A DNA stretch of 64,000 nucleotides from Bacteroidales bacterium (GCA_016929525.1 JAFGIP010000048.1:71456-135455); one strand, 5' to 3'. Positions 21,493-31,729 are shown, counted from the first letter of the stretch. A program made the numbers and translations. The notes: generated from the letters alone by a model not told the origin.

Positions 21493-24400
21493 ATGAAAAA
21501 ATATCTCGTTTTACCTTGCTGTTTTATTTTACAGCTGGTTGGTTTACTATATTACCCAGTTCAGGCTCAGGAGTTTCCCAATCCGTTTATTGACAACAAG
21601 AATACATACAATCATGAAGATATTATTATTCTTTTTAATGAAGCGGAAAGTAATAACATAACCCAGGGAGTTTTTGGTTATGACTGGATTGAACATTATG
21701 CAGACCAGGGCAGTGATCTGGTTTTATCTTTAACTCCCCCGACCAATTTAGACAGTGTTGATTTGGGAGATGAAAGCTATTTAAGTGTTTCGACAGGAAG
21801 ATTTAATAATGATAAGCGTGAAGATATGGTCTATATTGTTGAAAGAGACACTGAAATTAAAGTAGGGATAAATACAATGTACACGGAGTTTGTCTCGGAA
21901 GATTCAAGTTATATATACGAGTTAGATGAACCTCACAATTATATAAGCATACCTGTTCCTCCTTTAAGCGGGGCTCCCGTAAATACGGTAGGAGATTTCG
22001 ATGGTGATGGAACGGATGAAGTGGCCGTTGCATGGTGGGAATCAGAGGATAATATTGTTCATATTCAGGTTCTTGATTCGGATAATAGTGAATCTCTGGA
22101 AGCAAGAGCTCATATCGAAGACCAAATCTCCCTTCGCATAAATGCCAGGAACGCTTTCGATCTTTCCTCAGGAGATCTAAATGGTGACGGATCTGACGAG
22201 GTTATTTTAATCGGACTTGAAGAGAGTGGAAGCGGGGATGCTGAATTTCAGATCTTTGTAAAAGTGTATGAAGTGAATTCATCAGGTTCAAATGCGATAA
22301 CTCCAAAATCATACCTGGTGCTGGATGATGTACATCTGGCAGATTATAATGGCGGCGAATATGCTCTTGGATATGCACAAACTGCAGTAACGGGGCTTAG
22401 AACACATTCCGAAGAACTTGAAGATCCAAAAGAAGATATTTTTGCAGCATTTGCCTATTTATATTACGGAGAACCGTTGTTCGATTATGACAATTATTTT
22501 CAGTTTTTAATTCGAGCCAGTGAAGACCTTTTATCACTAATGATTATTGACACTCTGTGGAGTTATGCAAGTTCAGCTGTTTTTCAGGAAAATTATCCAC
22601 TGGAAATAAATTCAGGTGACGTGAACGGAGATCTCACTGAGGATGTGGTATTAATGACCAGTGGAGGTAAAATATTTACGGTAATGGATGATATCATCAT
22701 GTTTAAAGGAAATAGCGGGGGTGTGGTATTAGATGAGAACAACAGTGGAGTATTGGAAACCATTGACAGATTAGAATTAGGAGATGTTGACCAGGATGGC
22801 CGGGATGAAATCATAACCTTTTCCAAAGGTACGGGAGAAGACAATACTGATCATAATTTTTTCATCAATATTAGTGGTGTTCTTGAAGATTTTAGTACCG
22901 ACACGTTAGCCGGAGGCGGATATACCTTTTCGGATGTATCAGGTACCACACAGAGATCCTACGCGATCGCAGCAGGTAATCTTGATGGTAACGATCTTCA
23001 TTTTGGGGAGCCTGCCGTGTATGACTGTGAATACTTACAACCTGTTTTTATAATAGGGGCTATACCCAGTCATTTTGATATTATTGGCGATCAGGAGTAT
23101 GATGTGAACAACTGCTATCCCGAACAGGACTGTGACCTCGAAGTTAAAATAACCCGGAGTCAGACAACCTCTACAACTACCCAGGTTGAGTTAACAAGTG
23201 ATTGGGCAGTATCAAGCGAAGTGGGTCTTTCATCAGAAGCGGGAGTGGAAAAAGGAGCGTTTAGTGCAGGCTTGGGAATCAGTACCTCAGTAGAAGCAAA
23301 ATATGGAGTGAAATTTAATGAAGTGAATAACGAAACTAATTCGCAGACTATTTCCGTTGCCATAACCGCAAGTTCTGACGATGTGATCCAGTATTTAAAA
23401 ATTCCGATAACACTTTATCAGTACCCTGTTCTGGATGATGCTCTGGACACAACCTGTTATGTGATTGCAGCATTTCCGGCAAACAACCTTTCACCTCAAA
23501 CAATAATTGCCAACGGGAAATCGGTTTTTAATTACACCCCGAATTATGAGGTTGGGAATATTCTTTCCTATCCGAAAATAAATTCTGGTTACGAAAATAT
23601 ATCTGATCTACCTAAAACAGCAGGAAGCTGGATAATACTGGATGAAGGGAATGTCCCAAGTTATACCATGTCACCTTCAGGGGGAATTAATTATACGCTA
23701 ACATCAGGTTCAGGTCTCGAATGGACCATCTCCAGTGAATCGTATGCAGCTATCAATACCGGTATTTCTCCTCTTGGATTTGGAATTGGACTCCCTGAAA
23801 ACCAGGATGGAACGGAATATCTGGAAGCCGGCGGTCTGCCAACCGATTATCCACCTAACGCCATTGAAATAAATTTTCTGAATCTGTATAGTAACAGCAT
23901 AAGTGAAGAAACTGAGTTTAGCATCACACCAACCAATATTATTGGGTCACCAAATGAATTCAACTATGTGATAAGTCCAAAAATTTATTGGAATACTGAT
24001 GGTTCAGGAATTTTATCCTTCGAAGTTGATATAAACAACCAACCAGGTTCGGGTTCTTTTTGGTCAACATCAGTATACAAAGAGAAACCTGACCCTGCAC
24101 TGAATTTACCGTACAGGTACGATTTAGTGCATAACCCTGGTTTAAGTAATACTGAAAACCTCGATCGGACAAAATCAATTTACTTTTCAAGTTACCTGCC
24201 GCAGGAAAATGATACCGTAAGCCTGTTCCTAAAACTATTTAATTACAGTTTTGTAGGTACCGGAGGTCCGGTAGAGTTTGAGATTTATCATGAAGATCCA
24301 GATGAAGGAGGTACCAAAATTGAAGATATATACGGGAATACTCTTTTTACTACTGAAAACGGACTTGGAGATAGGGGCAGGGTGGAAACAGAAGTTAAAT

Positions 24401-24843
24401 TTCTTGCTACTGAAGACCTGATTTTGGACGACTTCACGAAAATATATGTAATAGTCGATCCAAATAATTTAATTGAAGAGATTCATGAAGATAACAACAA
24501 GGGCTGGACACAGTTCGGTTATTCATGTAATCAGCCGGGATCGATAACTAACATTGATAGCAGACCTGATGATATTCCGGATCAGTCACTTTTGAATATT
24601 TATCCCAACCCTGGAGATCACCAGGTGATTATTGAACATGATTTACGTTCTGTATCATCAAATTATTCAATGATCTCCATATCAAATGTGATGGGAGCGG
24701 AGGTTACCCGGTTCAGTATACCTGCAGAATATACAGGTAAAGTATACTGGAATACCAGGACTGTTCCATCAGCAATGTACATAGTGAATGTAATCACTGA
24801 GAATGGAATTGTGGAATCAGATAAGTTACTGATCGCAAGATAA
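21493..24843 (+). CDS. FG-GAP/VCBS repeat protein with CARDB-like domain and T9SS type A CTD
   Basis: Repeated GD.(D/N)GDG.DE motifs, VIVDPNNLIEEIHEDNN (CARDB-like), IYPNP CTD. Confidence 0.85.
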   Translation: MKKYLVLPCCFILQLVGLLYYPVQAQEFPNPFIDNKNTYNHEDIIILFNEAESNNITQGVFGYDWIEHYADQGSDLVLSLTPPTNLDSVDLGDESYLSVSTGRFNNDKREDMVYIVERDTEIKVGINTMYTEFVSEDSSYIYELDEPHNYISIPVPPLSGAPVNTVGDFDGDGTDEVAVAWWESEDNIVHIQVLDSDNSESLEARAHIEDQISLRINARNAFDLSSGDLNGDGSDEVILIGLEESGSGDAEFQIFVKVYEVNSSGSNAITPKSYLVLDDVHLADYNGGEYALGYAQTAVTGLRTHSEELEDPKEDIFAAFAYLYYGEPLFDYDNYFQFLIRASEDLLSLMIIDTLWSYASSAVFQENYPLEINSGDVNGDLTEDVVLMTSGGKIFTVMDDIIMFKGNSGGVVLDENNSGVLETIDRLELGDVDQDGRDEIITFSKGTGEDNTDHNFFINISGVLEDFSTDTLAGGGYTFSDVSGTTQRSYAIAAGNLDGNDLHFGEPAVYDCEYLQPVFIIGAIPSHFDIIGDQEYDVNNCYPEQDCDLEVKITRSQTTSTTTQVELTSDWAVSSEVGLSSEAGVEKGAFSAGLGISTSVEAKYGVKFNEVNNETNSQTISVAITASSDDVIQYLKIPITLYQYPVLDDALDTTCYVIAAFPANNLSPQTIIANGKSVFNYTPNYEVGNILSYPKINSGYENISDLPKTAGSWIILDEGNVPSYTMSPSGGINYTLTSGSGLEWTISSESYAAINTGISPLGFGIGLPENQDGTEYLEAGGLPTDYPPNAIEINFLNLYSNSISEETEFSITPTNIIGSPNEFNYVISPKIYWNTDGSGILSFEVDINNQPGSGSFWSTSVYKEKPDPALNLPYRYDLVHNPGLSNTENLDRTKSIYFSSYLPQENDTVSLFLKLFNYSFVGTGGPVEFEIYHEDPDEGGTKIEDIYGNTLFTTENGLGDRGRVETEVKFLATEDLILDDFTKIYVIVDPNNLIEEIHEDNNKGWTQFGYSCNQPGSITNIDSRPDDIPDQSLLNIYPNPGDHQVIIEHDLRSVSSNYSMISISNVMGAEVTRFSIPAEYTGKVYWNTRTVPSAMYIVNVITENGIVESDKLLIAR

Positions 24844-24848
24844 ACATA

Positions 24849-25892
24849 TTAAAGATTAATATGCTTGATGGCAGCAAATGAATAGGCACAACCCCTGATT
24901 CTTTGTCGTAAGCCTCCATAATACGATTGGATAAAAGAAATATCTGGAACAGGGTTTGCCTCAATAATGGCAAGACCTTTATCCGATATTGCAACATCCC
25001 ATGCAATGATAAAAAAGAACGGAAGTTGTTTATGAGTTTCTTCTACCAAATTGATTGCGTCCTTAAAAAATGGAATTTGAAAATCTTTGAAAACTGCTTT
25101 AGAATTTGGATGGTGTGTATGAAATTTTCTTTTCGGTATAAATTCAAAAGCCTTTTCAGATAATTTACCGGATTCATTCCATCCGCAGGTTAAGTTACCT
25201 TTCGTGGTATTGTCAGCTACGCTGTCTCCGATTCCAATACGCAGAAAACCTCCAAGGTAGATAAAAGTTTCTCCATCGCTTATAGTAAGAATACGTAGTG
25301 TATTAACACATTTATCATTCAACTTATTCATTTCCGGATGTTGAATAATAGTGTTCTGAACAACATATACACCCTTGCTGACTATTTTCTTTAAATCTGC
25401 TAAAGTGCTTGCTTTATTATTGATCTTAATTTTTTTATCCTCAACATCAAGCTTAAAAACATTTAAACCTCCATATCCTGTGTTGAGCTTGCAAAAACAA
25501 TGTAATGTTAAGTTAACAATGTCATCGAGTTTAATTCCTGAAAGGTTATTCTTAAAATAAATCCTTTCATTTTCAATTCTGCCTAATAAAGGTATAACCG
25601 GGGATCCTGAGCCTTCCATATACTTATCAAAAACAAATTTATCTTCCAGCACGGCTCTGTAATATATAGGATTAAGCTTATTGTGAATTCTGTTAAATTC
25701 TTTTCTGGCGATAAAATCCTGTAACCTGTTTCCTTTTTGATGTAAGCCAATAAAAAAATATTCAATAATAACCCTGTTATTTAACCATATCCAGAAAATC
25801 AGCTCGAAAATTATTCGAAAAATGGATTTATTATCCGATGATTCTCTGTAAAAATACCTGGTATCTTTATATAACTTTAATATGTTCCGCAT
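24849..25892 (-). CDS. Sugar-transfer-associated ATP-grasp domain protein
   Basis: LEDKFVF, IIQHPEM..LN..CVNTLRI, RIGIG….DN, IAWDVAI….IIEAN. Confidence 0.8.
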   Translation of the reverse strand: MRNILKLYKDTRYFYRESSDNKSIFRIIFELIFWIWLNNRVIIEYFFIGLHQKGNRLQDFIARKEFNRIHNKLNPIYYRAVLEDKFVFDKYMEGSGSPVIPLLGRIENERIYFKNNLSGIKLDDIVNLTLHCFCKLNTGYGGLNVFKLDVEDKKIKINNKASTLADLKKIVSKGVYVVQNTIIQHPEMNKLNDKCVNTLRILTISDGETFIYLGGFLRIGIGDSVADNTTKGNLTCGWNESGKLSEKAFEFIPKRKFHTHHPNSKAVFKDFQIPFFKDAINLVEETHKQLPFFFIIAWDVAISDKGLAIIEANPVPDISFIQSYYGGLRQRIRGCAYSFAAIKHINL

Positions 25893-26134
25893 AAACTGAT
25901 TTTTAAGGTTCGGTATAGTTAACGATCTGAAAAGTTAAGTTTTTATAAGTGAAATGTGGTTGAATTATTACCGAAATTTATAAACCTGAATAATAACAGT
26001 TTTTAGACGTTTATCCTTTTGTATATCTTTAATCTTTAAATAAATCGGTATTATTTTGTATATTAGAAACAGTGTTTGATTTCCTTACATAAATATTAAA
26101 ATTTCAATATAACGTTTAAATAATCTGAAATACT

Positions 26135-26512
26135 ATGAAAATATTAAAAACACTCTTGATGCTCGGACTGTTCTTAATCACAGCTGAAATCTTCGGACAA
26201 ACATTGCCTCCGTCATATCAGCCTATTTTCAATGAAACTATTGAATTCTTTAAAACAATTACCAGTGGAAATTCTATTACCAAAGGCGCAAATACTTTGA
26301 GTGTTATTAACGAAAATAAAATAGCACTCAGAATAGAGCATAAAGGTAAGGTTAAGAATCTTACGTTTGAAAAAATACCTGACGAGGAAAACAATCTATA
26401 CTGGATAGCCGTAAACGATCTTACAGTCGATATGGTAAATAAATATGAAAAGAACCTAACAAAGATTCTTGAATCAATGTTTAAGTTAGCTGAGAAAAAG
26501 TCGAAGGAATAA
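26135..26512 (+). CDS. Hypothetical exported protein
   Basis: Signal-peptide-like N-terminus. No recognisable domain. Confidence 0.7.
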   Translation: MKILKTLLMLGLFLITAEIFGQTLPPSYQPIFNETIEFFKTITSGNSITKGANTLSVINENKIALRIEHKGKVKNLTFEKIPDEENNLYWIAVNDLTVDMVNKYEKNLTKILESMFKLAEKKSKE

Positions 26513-26671
26513 TTGAAATCTGAGACGGTAAATGTAAGTTAACTTACTTTTTATTTATCTACGTTTTAATACTTATTCATCAGCTTAACAACGTAGTTAT
26601 ATTTTTACGTTTTTGAGCGGTAGAAATTCGTTTTTGTTGTCTGTAATTTTGCTTATTAAGTAATACAGACA

Positions 26672-27100
26672 ATGAAAACAACAGCAAAATGGATCAGTGA
26701 GAATAATTATATTCTGAATAATAGTAAAAATCTGAATATTGCTATTTCAGATCCGGTCAATCAGGAAAGTAATAATGAAATCAACTGTTTTGATCTGGTT
26801 TTAATGGGATTTACCGGTTGCATAACGGCTGAATTTAAGAAACAAATTACCAGGCGCCATATAATTATTCAGGATCTTGAAACAGAACTCCGGATTATTA
26901 ATTATAGTGACAAAATACATCCTTCTTTCAGCCTGCAGGTAATAAGTAAAGTTAAATCGGCTGCTAAAAAAGAAGTTCTTGAAGAATGTATGAAGCAGGC
27001 TCTTAGTTCCAGCCTGATAGGTATATTGTTTAAAAATTCCGGAATTAAGATCGAAACCCAAATATTTTTAACATCACCGGTTAAGTATTCCAAAGTCTGA
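26672..27100 (+). CDS. OsmC-like protein (divergent)
   Basis: Size and the motif DLVLMGFTGCITAEF match the OsmC/YhfA first-Cys helix. Confidence 0.55.
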   Translation: MKTTAKWISENNYILNNSKNLNIAISDPVNQESNNEINCFDLVLMGFTGCITAEFKKQITRRHIIIQDLETELRIINYSDKIHPSFSLQVISKVKSAAKKEVLEECMKQALSSSLIGILFKNSGIKIETQIFLTSPVKYSKV

Positions 27101-27360
27101 TATGGTCATATAACCTTCAATACGTTCCGCGATCCGGAATCGTGCCTGTTGACAGCTATAAATATGACCTGGGTTCTTCAGCTCACCAAAGCTTCTGAAG
27201 AATTCTTCTCACCGAATGTCGCATAATCCACTTTTAAATTTGCTAATTAGTACGTGGGATCGGTACATATTGACTTATATCGTTTCACTTCGTAACTTGT
27301 TGAAGTTATTATTTATTCCAGTAGAAGTCTTATCACGACATGTAACTTAAATAAACATTA

Positions 27361-29526
27361 ATGAAATCAATACAAATTCTTTTAAGAACAATATGTATCG
27401 GTTTGGTAAATCTATTTTGTCTCTTATCCATTGGGCAGGATAGTTATAATTGCACTTTATTGGGACGTTGGGCGAATGGGTCGACTTACTGTGTGGAAGT
27501 TACAGGGGATACAGCCTATTTTGCTAAAGGGGGATACCTCGATATCATCGACTTTACGAATGCCGGAAATCCTGTTTTGCTTTCAGAGACACTGATTAAC
27601 GGAGATATTCGGGGAATGGATATGAAGTCAGGTAAGGTGTTACTGGCCAACGGATATGAAGGACTTACTATTGTAGATGTTTCCTCAGCTTCCGATCCGG
27701 AGTTACATAGCAAATTGCCACTTTCGGAAACGGACTATGCTTTCGATGTTGAAGCAAATGATACCATGGCTTATGTTTTTGGAGAATACTACTTTCATAT
27801 CGTTGATATAAGCAATCCATCGGAACCTTTTGAAATAAATAGTTATGAGACCATGTTCTATGGATGGGAAGTTGAACTTCAGGATACCCTGGTATTTTTA
27901 GCCAACGCTTCAAGAGGCCTGCGAATTTTGAATATTGCAGACCCTTATGCTATTGATGAACTGTACAATTACGACCCGGGTGGTTATATACTTGGTGTAG
28001 CCATAAAAGATAATTATGCCTATCTGGCTTCCTCATCTAATGGACTGAGAGTACTCGATATAACCAATCTTTCCGATCCTTTGGAAGTTATAAATTTACC
28101 AGTAGACAGTTATACGATAGGGGTGACTATTGAAAGTAATAATCTTTTTCTGGCCAACACCGGAGAGGGACTGATTATATATGACATTTCAACACCCTCA
28201 AGTCCTGATTTTGTGGCTGATTTACCAACTTTATCAGAGGCTCAGCGTGTTGCAGTTTCAAATTCCCGGGCATATATACCGAGAAAATCCAAAGGTCTTT
28301 CTGTGGTAGATCTGTCAGACATTGAATCTCCTGAACAGCTATACGAGTATGAGACAACAGGCTCAATAATGGGTATCGATATTAAGGGTGATTATGCATT
28401 TGTTATTGAAGAAGATCATGGACTCAGAGTACTTGACATAGCTGATCCGGAAAATATTTTACATGTTGGTTTTATCGAAACGAACGATTACGCAACAGAC
28501 TTGTCTGTTGAAGGGGATTACGCTTATATGGCCTGCTATGAAAATGGAATTCGAATTATTGATATATCCGATCCGTCTGAACCTGATGAAGCCGGTCAGT
28601 ATTTAGCTACCGATGTGGCTGAGGATGTTTTTGTAATTGAAAACATGGCTTATGCAGCATACGGCGGGGATGGACTGAGAATAGTAGATGTTACAGATCC
28701 TGCAACCCCAGATGAACTTGGATTTTTTACGATGGAGGCTGATGCAAGAGATGTTATTGTTGAAAACGACCTGGCTTTTGTTCTGTTTAATGATTCGGGT
28801 TTGCACATCATCAATGTTGAAAATCCGGAGCTTACTGATGAATTAGGAAGCTTTATCCCCGACGGAACAACTACCGGAATAGGGACACAGAATAACAATG
28901 CATTTATAGCTACCTGGGATACCGGAGTATATTGCCTTGATATCTCCAATTTAAGTTTCCCTGATCAGGTTGGATTTTTTCAGGGTGATTATAATATTGG
29001 TGACATGATAGTCAGGAATGGTTATGCTTACCTGTCGTGTCAGGAGAACGGCGTTCATGTTCTGGATATCTCCGAACCGGAGGATCCCCGGGAAGTAGCC
29101 TGGTATAATACTCCCGGCTCGGTATATAGTATTGCAGTGCGTGACAATGTAATGTTCCTTGCCGACGGACGCGACGGCTTATATGCTGTCCGGCTGGATA
29201 CATCTCAGACCGGTGTATACTCATCCCGGGATCGTTCTGAGAATACCAGGTTCTCTTCACATCCGAATCCGTTTACTTTTAGCACTGAGCTTGATATTAC
29301 ATTACTCTTCGATTCAAAAGTAAACCTGACACTATACAGCATAGATGGACAATTAGTTAAAATGCTGATGAACAATGAATTTCTTAAGGCCGGAAAACAC
29401 CTGATATCTTGTGATGATAAAGGTGATTTCTACAATTTAATGACCGGTGATATTTATTTGGCTAAATTAGTAATAAGGAATGCTAATGGGGTAGAAGCGA
29501 AGACTATTAAGCTCGTTAAATACTGA
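27361..29526 (+). CDS. LVIVD repeat protein with T9SS type A CTD
   Basis: About 13 repeats of YAY.A….GL.I.DIS.P..P, and C-terminal HPNPF…Y..DGQLVK.L CTD. Confidence 0.9.
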   Translation: MKSIQILLRTICIGLVNLFCLLSIGQDSYNCTLLGRWANGSTYCVEVTGDTAYFAKGGYLDIIDFTNAGNPVLLSETLINGDIRGMDMKSGKVLLANGYEGLTIVDVSSASDPELHSKLPLSETDYAFDVEANDTMAYVFGEYYFHIVDISNPSEPFEINSYETMFYGWEVELQDTLVFLANASRGLRILNIADPYAIDELYNYDPGGYILGVAIKDNYAYLASSSNGLRVLDITNLSDPLEVINLPVDSYTIGVTIESNNLFLANTGEGLIIYDISTPSSPDFVADLPTLSEAQRVAVSNSRAYIPRKSKGLSVVDLSDIESPEQLYEYETTGSIMGIDIKGDYAFVIEEDHGLRVLDIADPENILHVGFIETNDYATDLSVEGDYAYMACYENGIRIIDISDPSEPDEAGQYLATDVAEDVFVIENMAYAAYGGDGLRIVDVTDPATPDELGFFTMEADARDVIVENDLAFVLFNDSGLHIINVENPELTDELGSFIPDGTTTGIGTQNNNAFIATWDTGVYCLDISNLSFPDQVGFFQGDYNIGDMIVRNGYAYLSCQENGVHVLDISEPEDPREVAWYNTPGSVYSIAVRDNVMFLADGRDGLYAVRLDTSQTGVYSSRDRSENTRFSSHPNPFTFSTELDITLLFDSKVNLTLYSIDGQLVKMLMNNEFLKAGKHLISCDDKGDFYNLMTGDIYLAKLVIRNANGVEAKTIKLVKY

Positions 29527-29557
29527 TATTTTCGTATTAAACTGATAAGCAGATCCA

Positions 29558-29648
29558 ATCCTCATAACAGTCAGAAACTCCTGTTTGCGGATTACAAACA
29601 AGCTAATAAGAGGCTGTAGAGCAGGAGAAGATTGTAAAATATGAGGAT
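29558..29648. other. Long interrupted hairpin
   Basis: Nested inverted repeats ATCCTCATA/TATGAGGAT, ACAGTC/GATTGT, CTCCTG/CAGGAG, TGTTTG/CAAACA. Confidence 0.5.
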
Positions 29649-29660
29649 AGAGTTAAATAA

Positions 29661-29687
29661 CAAAGTTATAATAATATTATGTTAAAT
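29661..29687 (+). other. dif-like site A (XerC|XerD orientation, 5-bp spacer)
   Basis: CAAAGTTATAA-TAATA-TTATGTTAAAT. Right arm is 11/11 to the E. coli XerD arm. Left arm is weak. Confidence 0.55.
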
Positions 29688-30019
29688 AGGATTATGAAGT
29701 TCCAGACAGAAAGGGGAGGACAGGCGAGGTTCGTTAAGTCAGGTGTTGATAAGACGTGAAAATATAACAATATCATATATTATAGATTTATAAAAGAATA
29801 GGTCGGTTCATTTAATGTAAAATGATAGGGCATATTCGCTTTTTGATTGCTTATTTGTAAGGTACTGCCATATACGATTAGATGAGCATCAGATCCGGTT
29901 CAGATGAGATCGCTCACCGGAAATTCAGAGATATTCAGGATTCATTTATCATTTATTAAAAGACCAGGGCATTTGTTAATTCAGGAACATCAATGAATTT
30001 TAAAAAAGATATCTTATAA

Positions 30020-31135
30020 TCATACAGTAGGTTTTTTCTCTTTTACCTGGTAAATACCGGTACTTTTTCTTTTACCTTTCAGTTTAATTATTCCTATTTC
30101 CTTAAAGAAATAAGCATCTTTGTCTTCTGTTCGTTTATACAGATCCTCAGAGATCAATAAATCCTGACGGTATTCATTGCACATACTTTCAATACGGGCT
30201 GCCGTGTTAATGGTATCACCGTTATAAGAGATGTCCCTTCGGCCTTGTCCGACCTGCAGTACCATTACATGCCCAACATGCACTCCGGCCTTGAACTTGG
30301 GTACCAGCTTATATTTCCGGTTGAAGTACTTTTTTCGTCCGGAAATCCTTTTTCTGAATGCAAAATAAGCTTTCAGGTAATTACAATCCAGTATCCCGCT
30401 ATTTACTTTCCATGATATAATGGCACCATCGCCTAAATATTGATATACTTCACCATGATAAAAACCAAATACTGTCATGTTATTAAAAACATCCTGTACC
30501 AGATAGCTGAATTTCTTGTGAAAAAGTTTCTCGGCAATAGTAGTGGACGATTTCATATCAAGAAACATAAATATCCGTTCTTCCTCCCTGGGTTTGCTAA
30601 GGATCCCAAAGAACCAGCGGATGAAATTCATTCTTCCCATGCTCATCCGCATTCCTTTTAAAAAGTTGAAAATAATTCCGCTTAAATAAAAATAGGCCAT
30701 AAAGCGAAAGAAATGAATATCCATCTTCGGGATTTGCTGAAAGATCTCTTCGTAGTTATCCATACGGAGCTGATTAACGGATAAACGAGCTGCAATCAGC
30801 ATCAATATAAAGGCAGAGCCGAAATAAACCAGCCACTTAAAAAATACGATCATTCGCATGGGCAGGAACCGGACTATGCGGTCGGTAATAAGCAAATTCA
30901 GCAGAAAGAACAGGAAAGAGATGGCAAAACCGAACACCAAAAGGATAATATATAAATTATCTAACAGAAGTAAATTAAAATACGTTGTAAAGACCTCATC
31001 ATCACCGGTAATGAAAATATAAAACAGGAAAATAACATACCAGTGAATGATTTGGTATAAAAGATATTTAAGGTGTTTAACTAATCTGTTCAGCTTCATA
31101 ATGACGATTTTGATGCAGAAAAATGTTCTTTTCAT
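30020..31135 (-). CDS. Membrane-anchored class III adenylate/guanylate cyclase
   Basis: Four N-terminal hydrophobic helices. Motifs FLDMKSST, YLGDG, GDTINTAARIES. Start may be the second Met at 31099. Confidence 0.88.
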   Translation of the reverse strand: MKRTFFCIKIVIMKLNRLVKHLKYLLYQIIHWYVIFLFYIFITGDDEVFTTYFNLLLLDNLYIILLVFGFAISFLFFLLNLLITDRIVRFLPMRMIVFFKWLVYFGSAFILMLIAARLSVNQLRMDNYEEIFQQIPKMDIHFFRFMAYFYLSGIIFNFLKGMRMSMGRMNFIRWFFGILSKPREEERIFMFLDMKSSTTIAEKLFHKKFSYLVQDVFNNMTVFGFYHGEVYQYLGDGAIISWKVNSGILDCNYLKAYFAFRKRISGRKKYFNRKYKLVPKFKAGVHVGHVMVLQVGQGRRDISYNGDTINTAARIESMCNEYRQDLLISEDLYKRTEDKDAYFFKEIGIIKLKGKRKSTGIYQVKEKKPTV

Positions 31136-31385
31136 GAAGTTACAAAAGCTTTCTGATATTAGACTAAATATGTTATGTGAAATGTGGGGAATGAAATTTT
31201 CTTTGATTTCCGGTGTGCGTAGTATAACACATTAATATGAACATACTATACTTAAACACTTTGCATGTTAGCATAAGCTTCAGCGAAGGTTGAGATAAGA
31301 GCGCTGAGGAAAATTTACTTAAGGGTGTGAGATTTAAATATTTCAAAAGTTTATTGGAAGTATTTAGGTAGTGGGCCGAAAATTT

Positions 31386-31408
31386 GCCTGCCTGCCGGCG
31401 AGGCAGGC
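31386..31408. repeat. Short GC-rich palindrome GCCTGCCTGCCGGCGAGGCAGGC
   Basis: Perfect 8-bp inverted repeat with a 7-nt loop. Absent at the equivalent position of element copy 2. Confidence 0.7.
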
Positions 31409-31476
31409 TTTTACATAAAATCAATGCCGTACTCAAACCACGCCAAGGCGTGGTCTTAGTACTGATGTTATGTTAA

Positions 31477-31494
31477 TCCCGATATGCATCGGGA
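31477..31494. repeat. Short palindrome TCCCGATATGCATCGGGA
   Basis: TCCCGAT/ATCGGGA inverted repeat. Copy 2 has CCGCAAGCGG at the same position. Confidence 0.7.
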
Positions 31495-31511
31495 CCACGA
31501 TTTCTCTGTGG

Positions 31512-31543
31512 TTGTCGTATAATGTTGGTGCATTATGTTAAGT
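31512..31543 (+). other. dif-like site C (XerC|XerD, 10-bp spacer)
   Basis: TTGTCGTATAA-TGTTGGTGCA-TTATGTTAAGT. Left arm is identical to that of site E. Right arm is 10/11 to the XerD arm. Confidence 0.6.
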
Positions 31544-31704
31544 TGCTTTGGAAATTAATTTTTTGAACGATAATTTATTTCCAAATGAAAGATTGAGACT
31601 AAAAGGTAACGGAGGGAGCAAGTATCATTAGTTACGTATTGCAAACACTCTTGTGGCGTAAGCATGGAGCTACAAGTGTGTGTTCGATTAAAAATAATTG
31701 TTCG

Positions 31705-31712
31705 TATATTTG
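31705..31712 (+). promoter_or_regulatory. -7 promoter element of the toxin-antitoxin operon
   Basis: TATATTTG 18 bp upstream of the ATG at 31730. Confidence 0.6.
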
Positions 31713-31729
31713 TAGAAACACAGCTATTA

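Larger units (their letters stand above)
31156..31543. repeat. Non-coding hairpin element, copy 1
   Basis: Homologous to 32275-32641. Core 31426-31476 vs 32536-32586 is 41/51 identical. 31495-31523 vs 32597-32625 is 27/29. Confidence 0.75.

Noticed and set aside
25884-25894. XerC-like half site GTTCCGCATAA
   Set aside because: It overlaps the ATP-grasp start codon and has no XerD arm.
29810-29820. Extra XerD-like half site ATTTAATGTAA
   Set aside because: No XerC-like arm at 5-10 bp spacing. A 9/11 match is plausible by chance in AT-rich DNA.
31173-31436. 87-aa minus-strand ORF across element copy 1
   Set aside because: The frame is not preserved in copy 2, which has stops in all three equivalent frames, and it reads through inserted palindromes. 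Treated as spurious.
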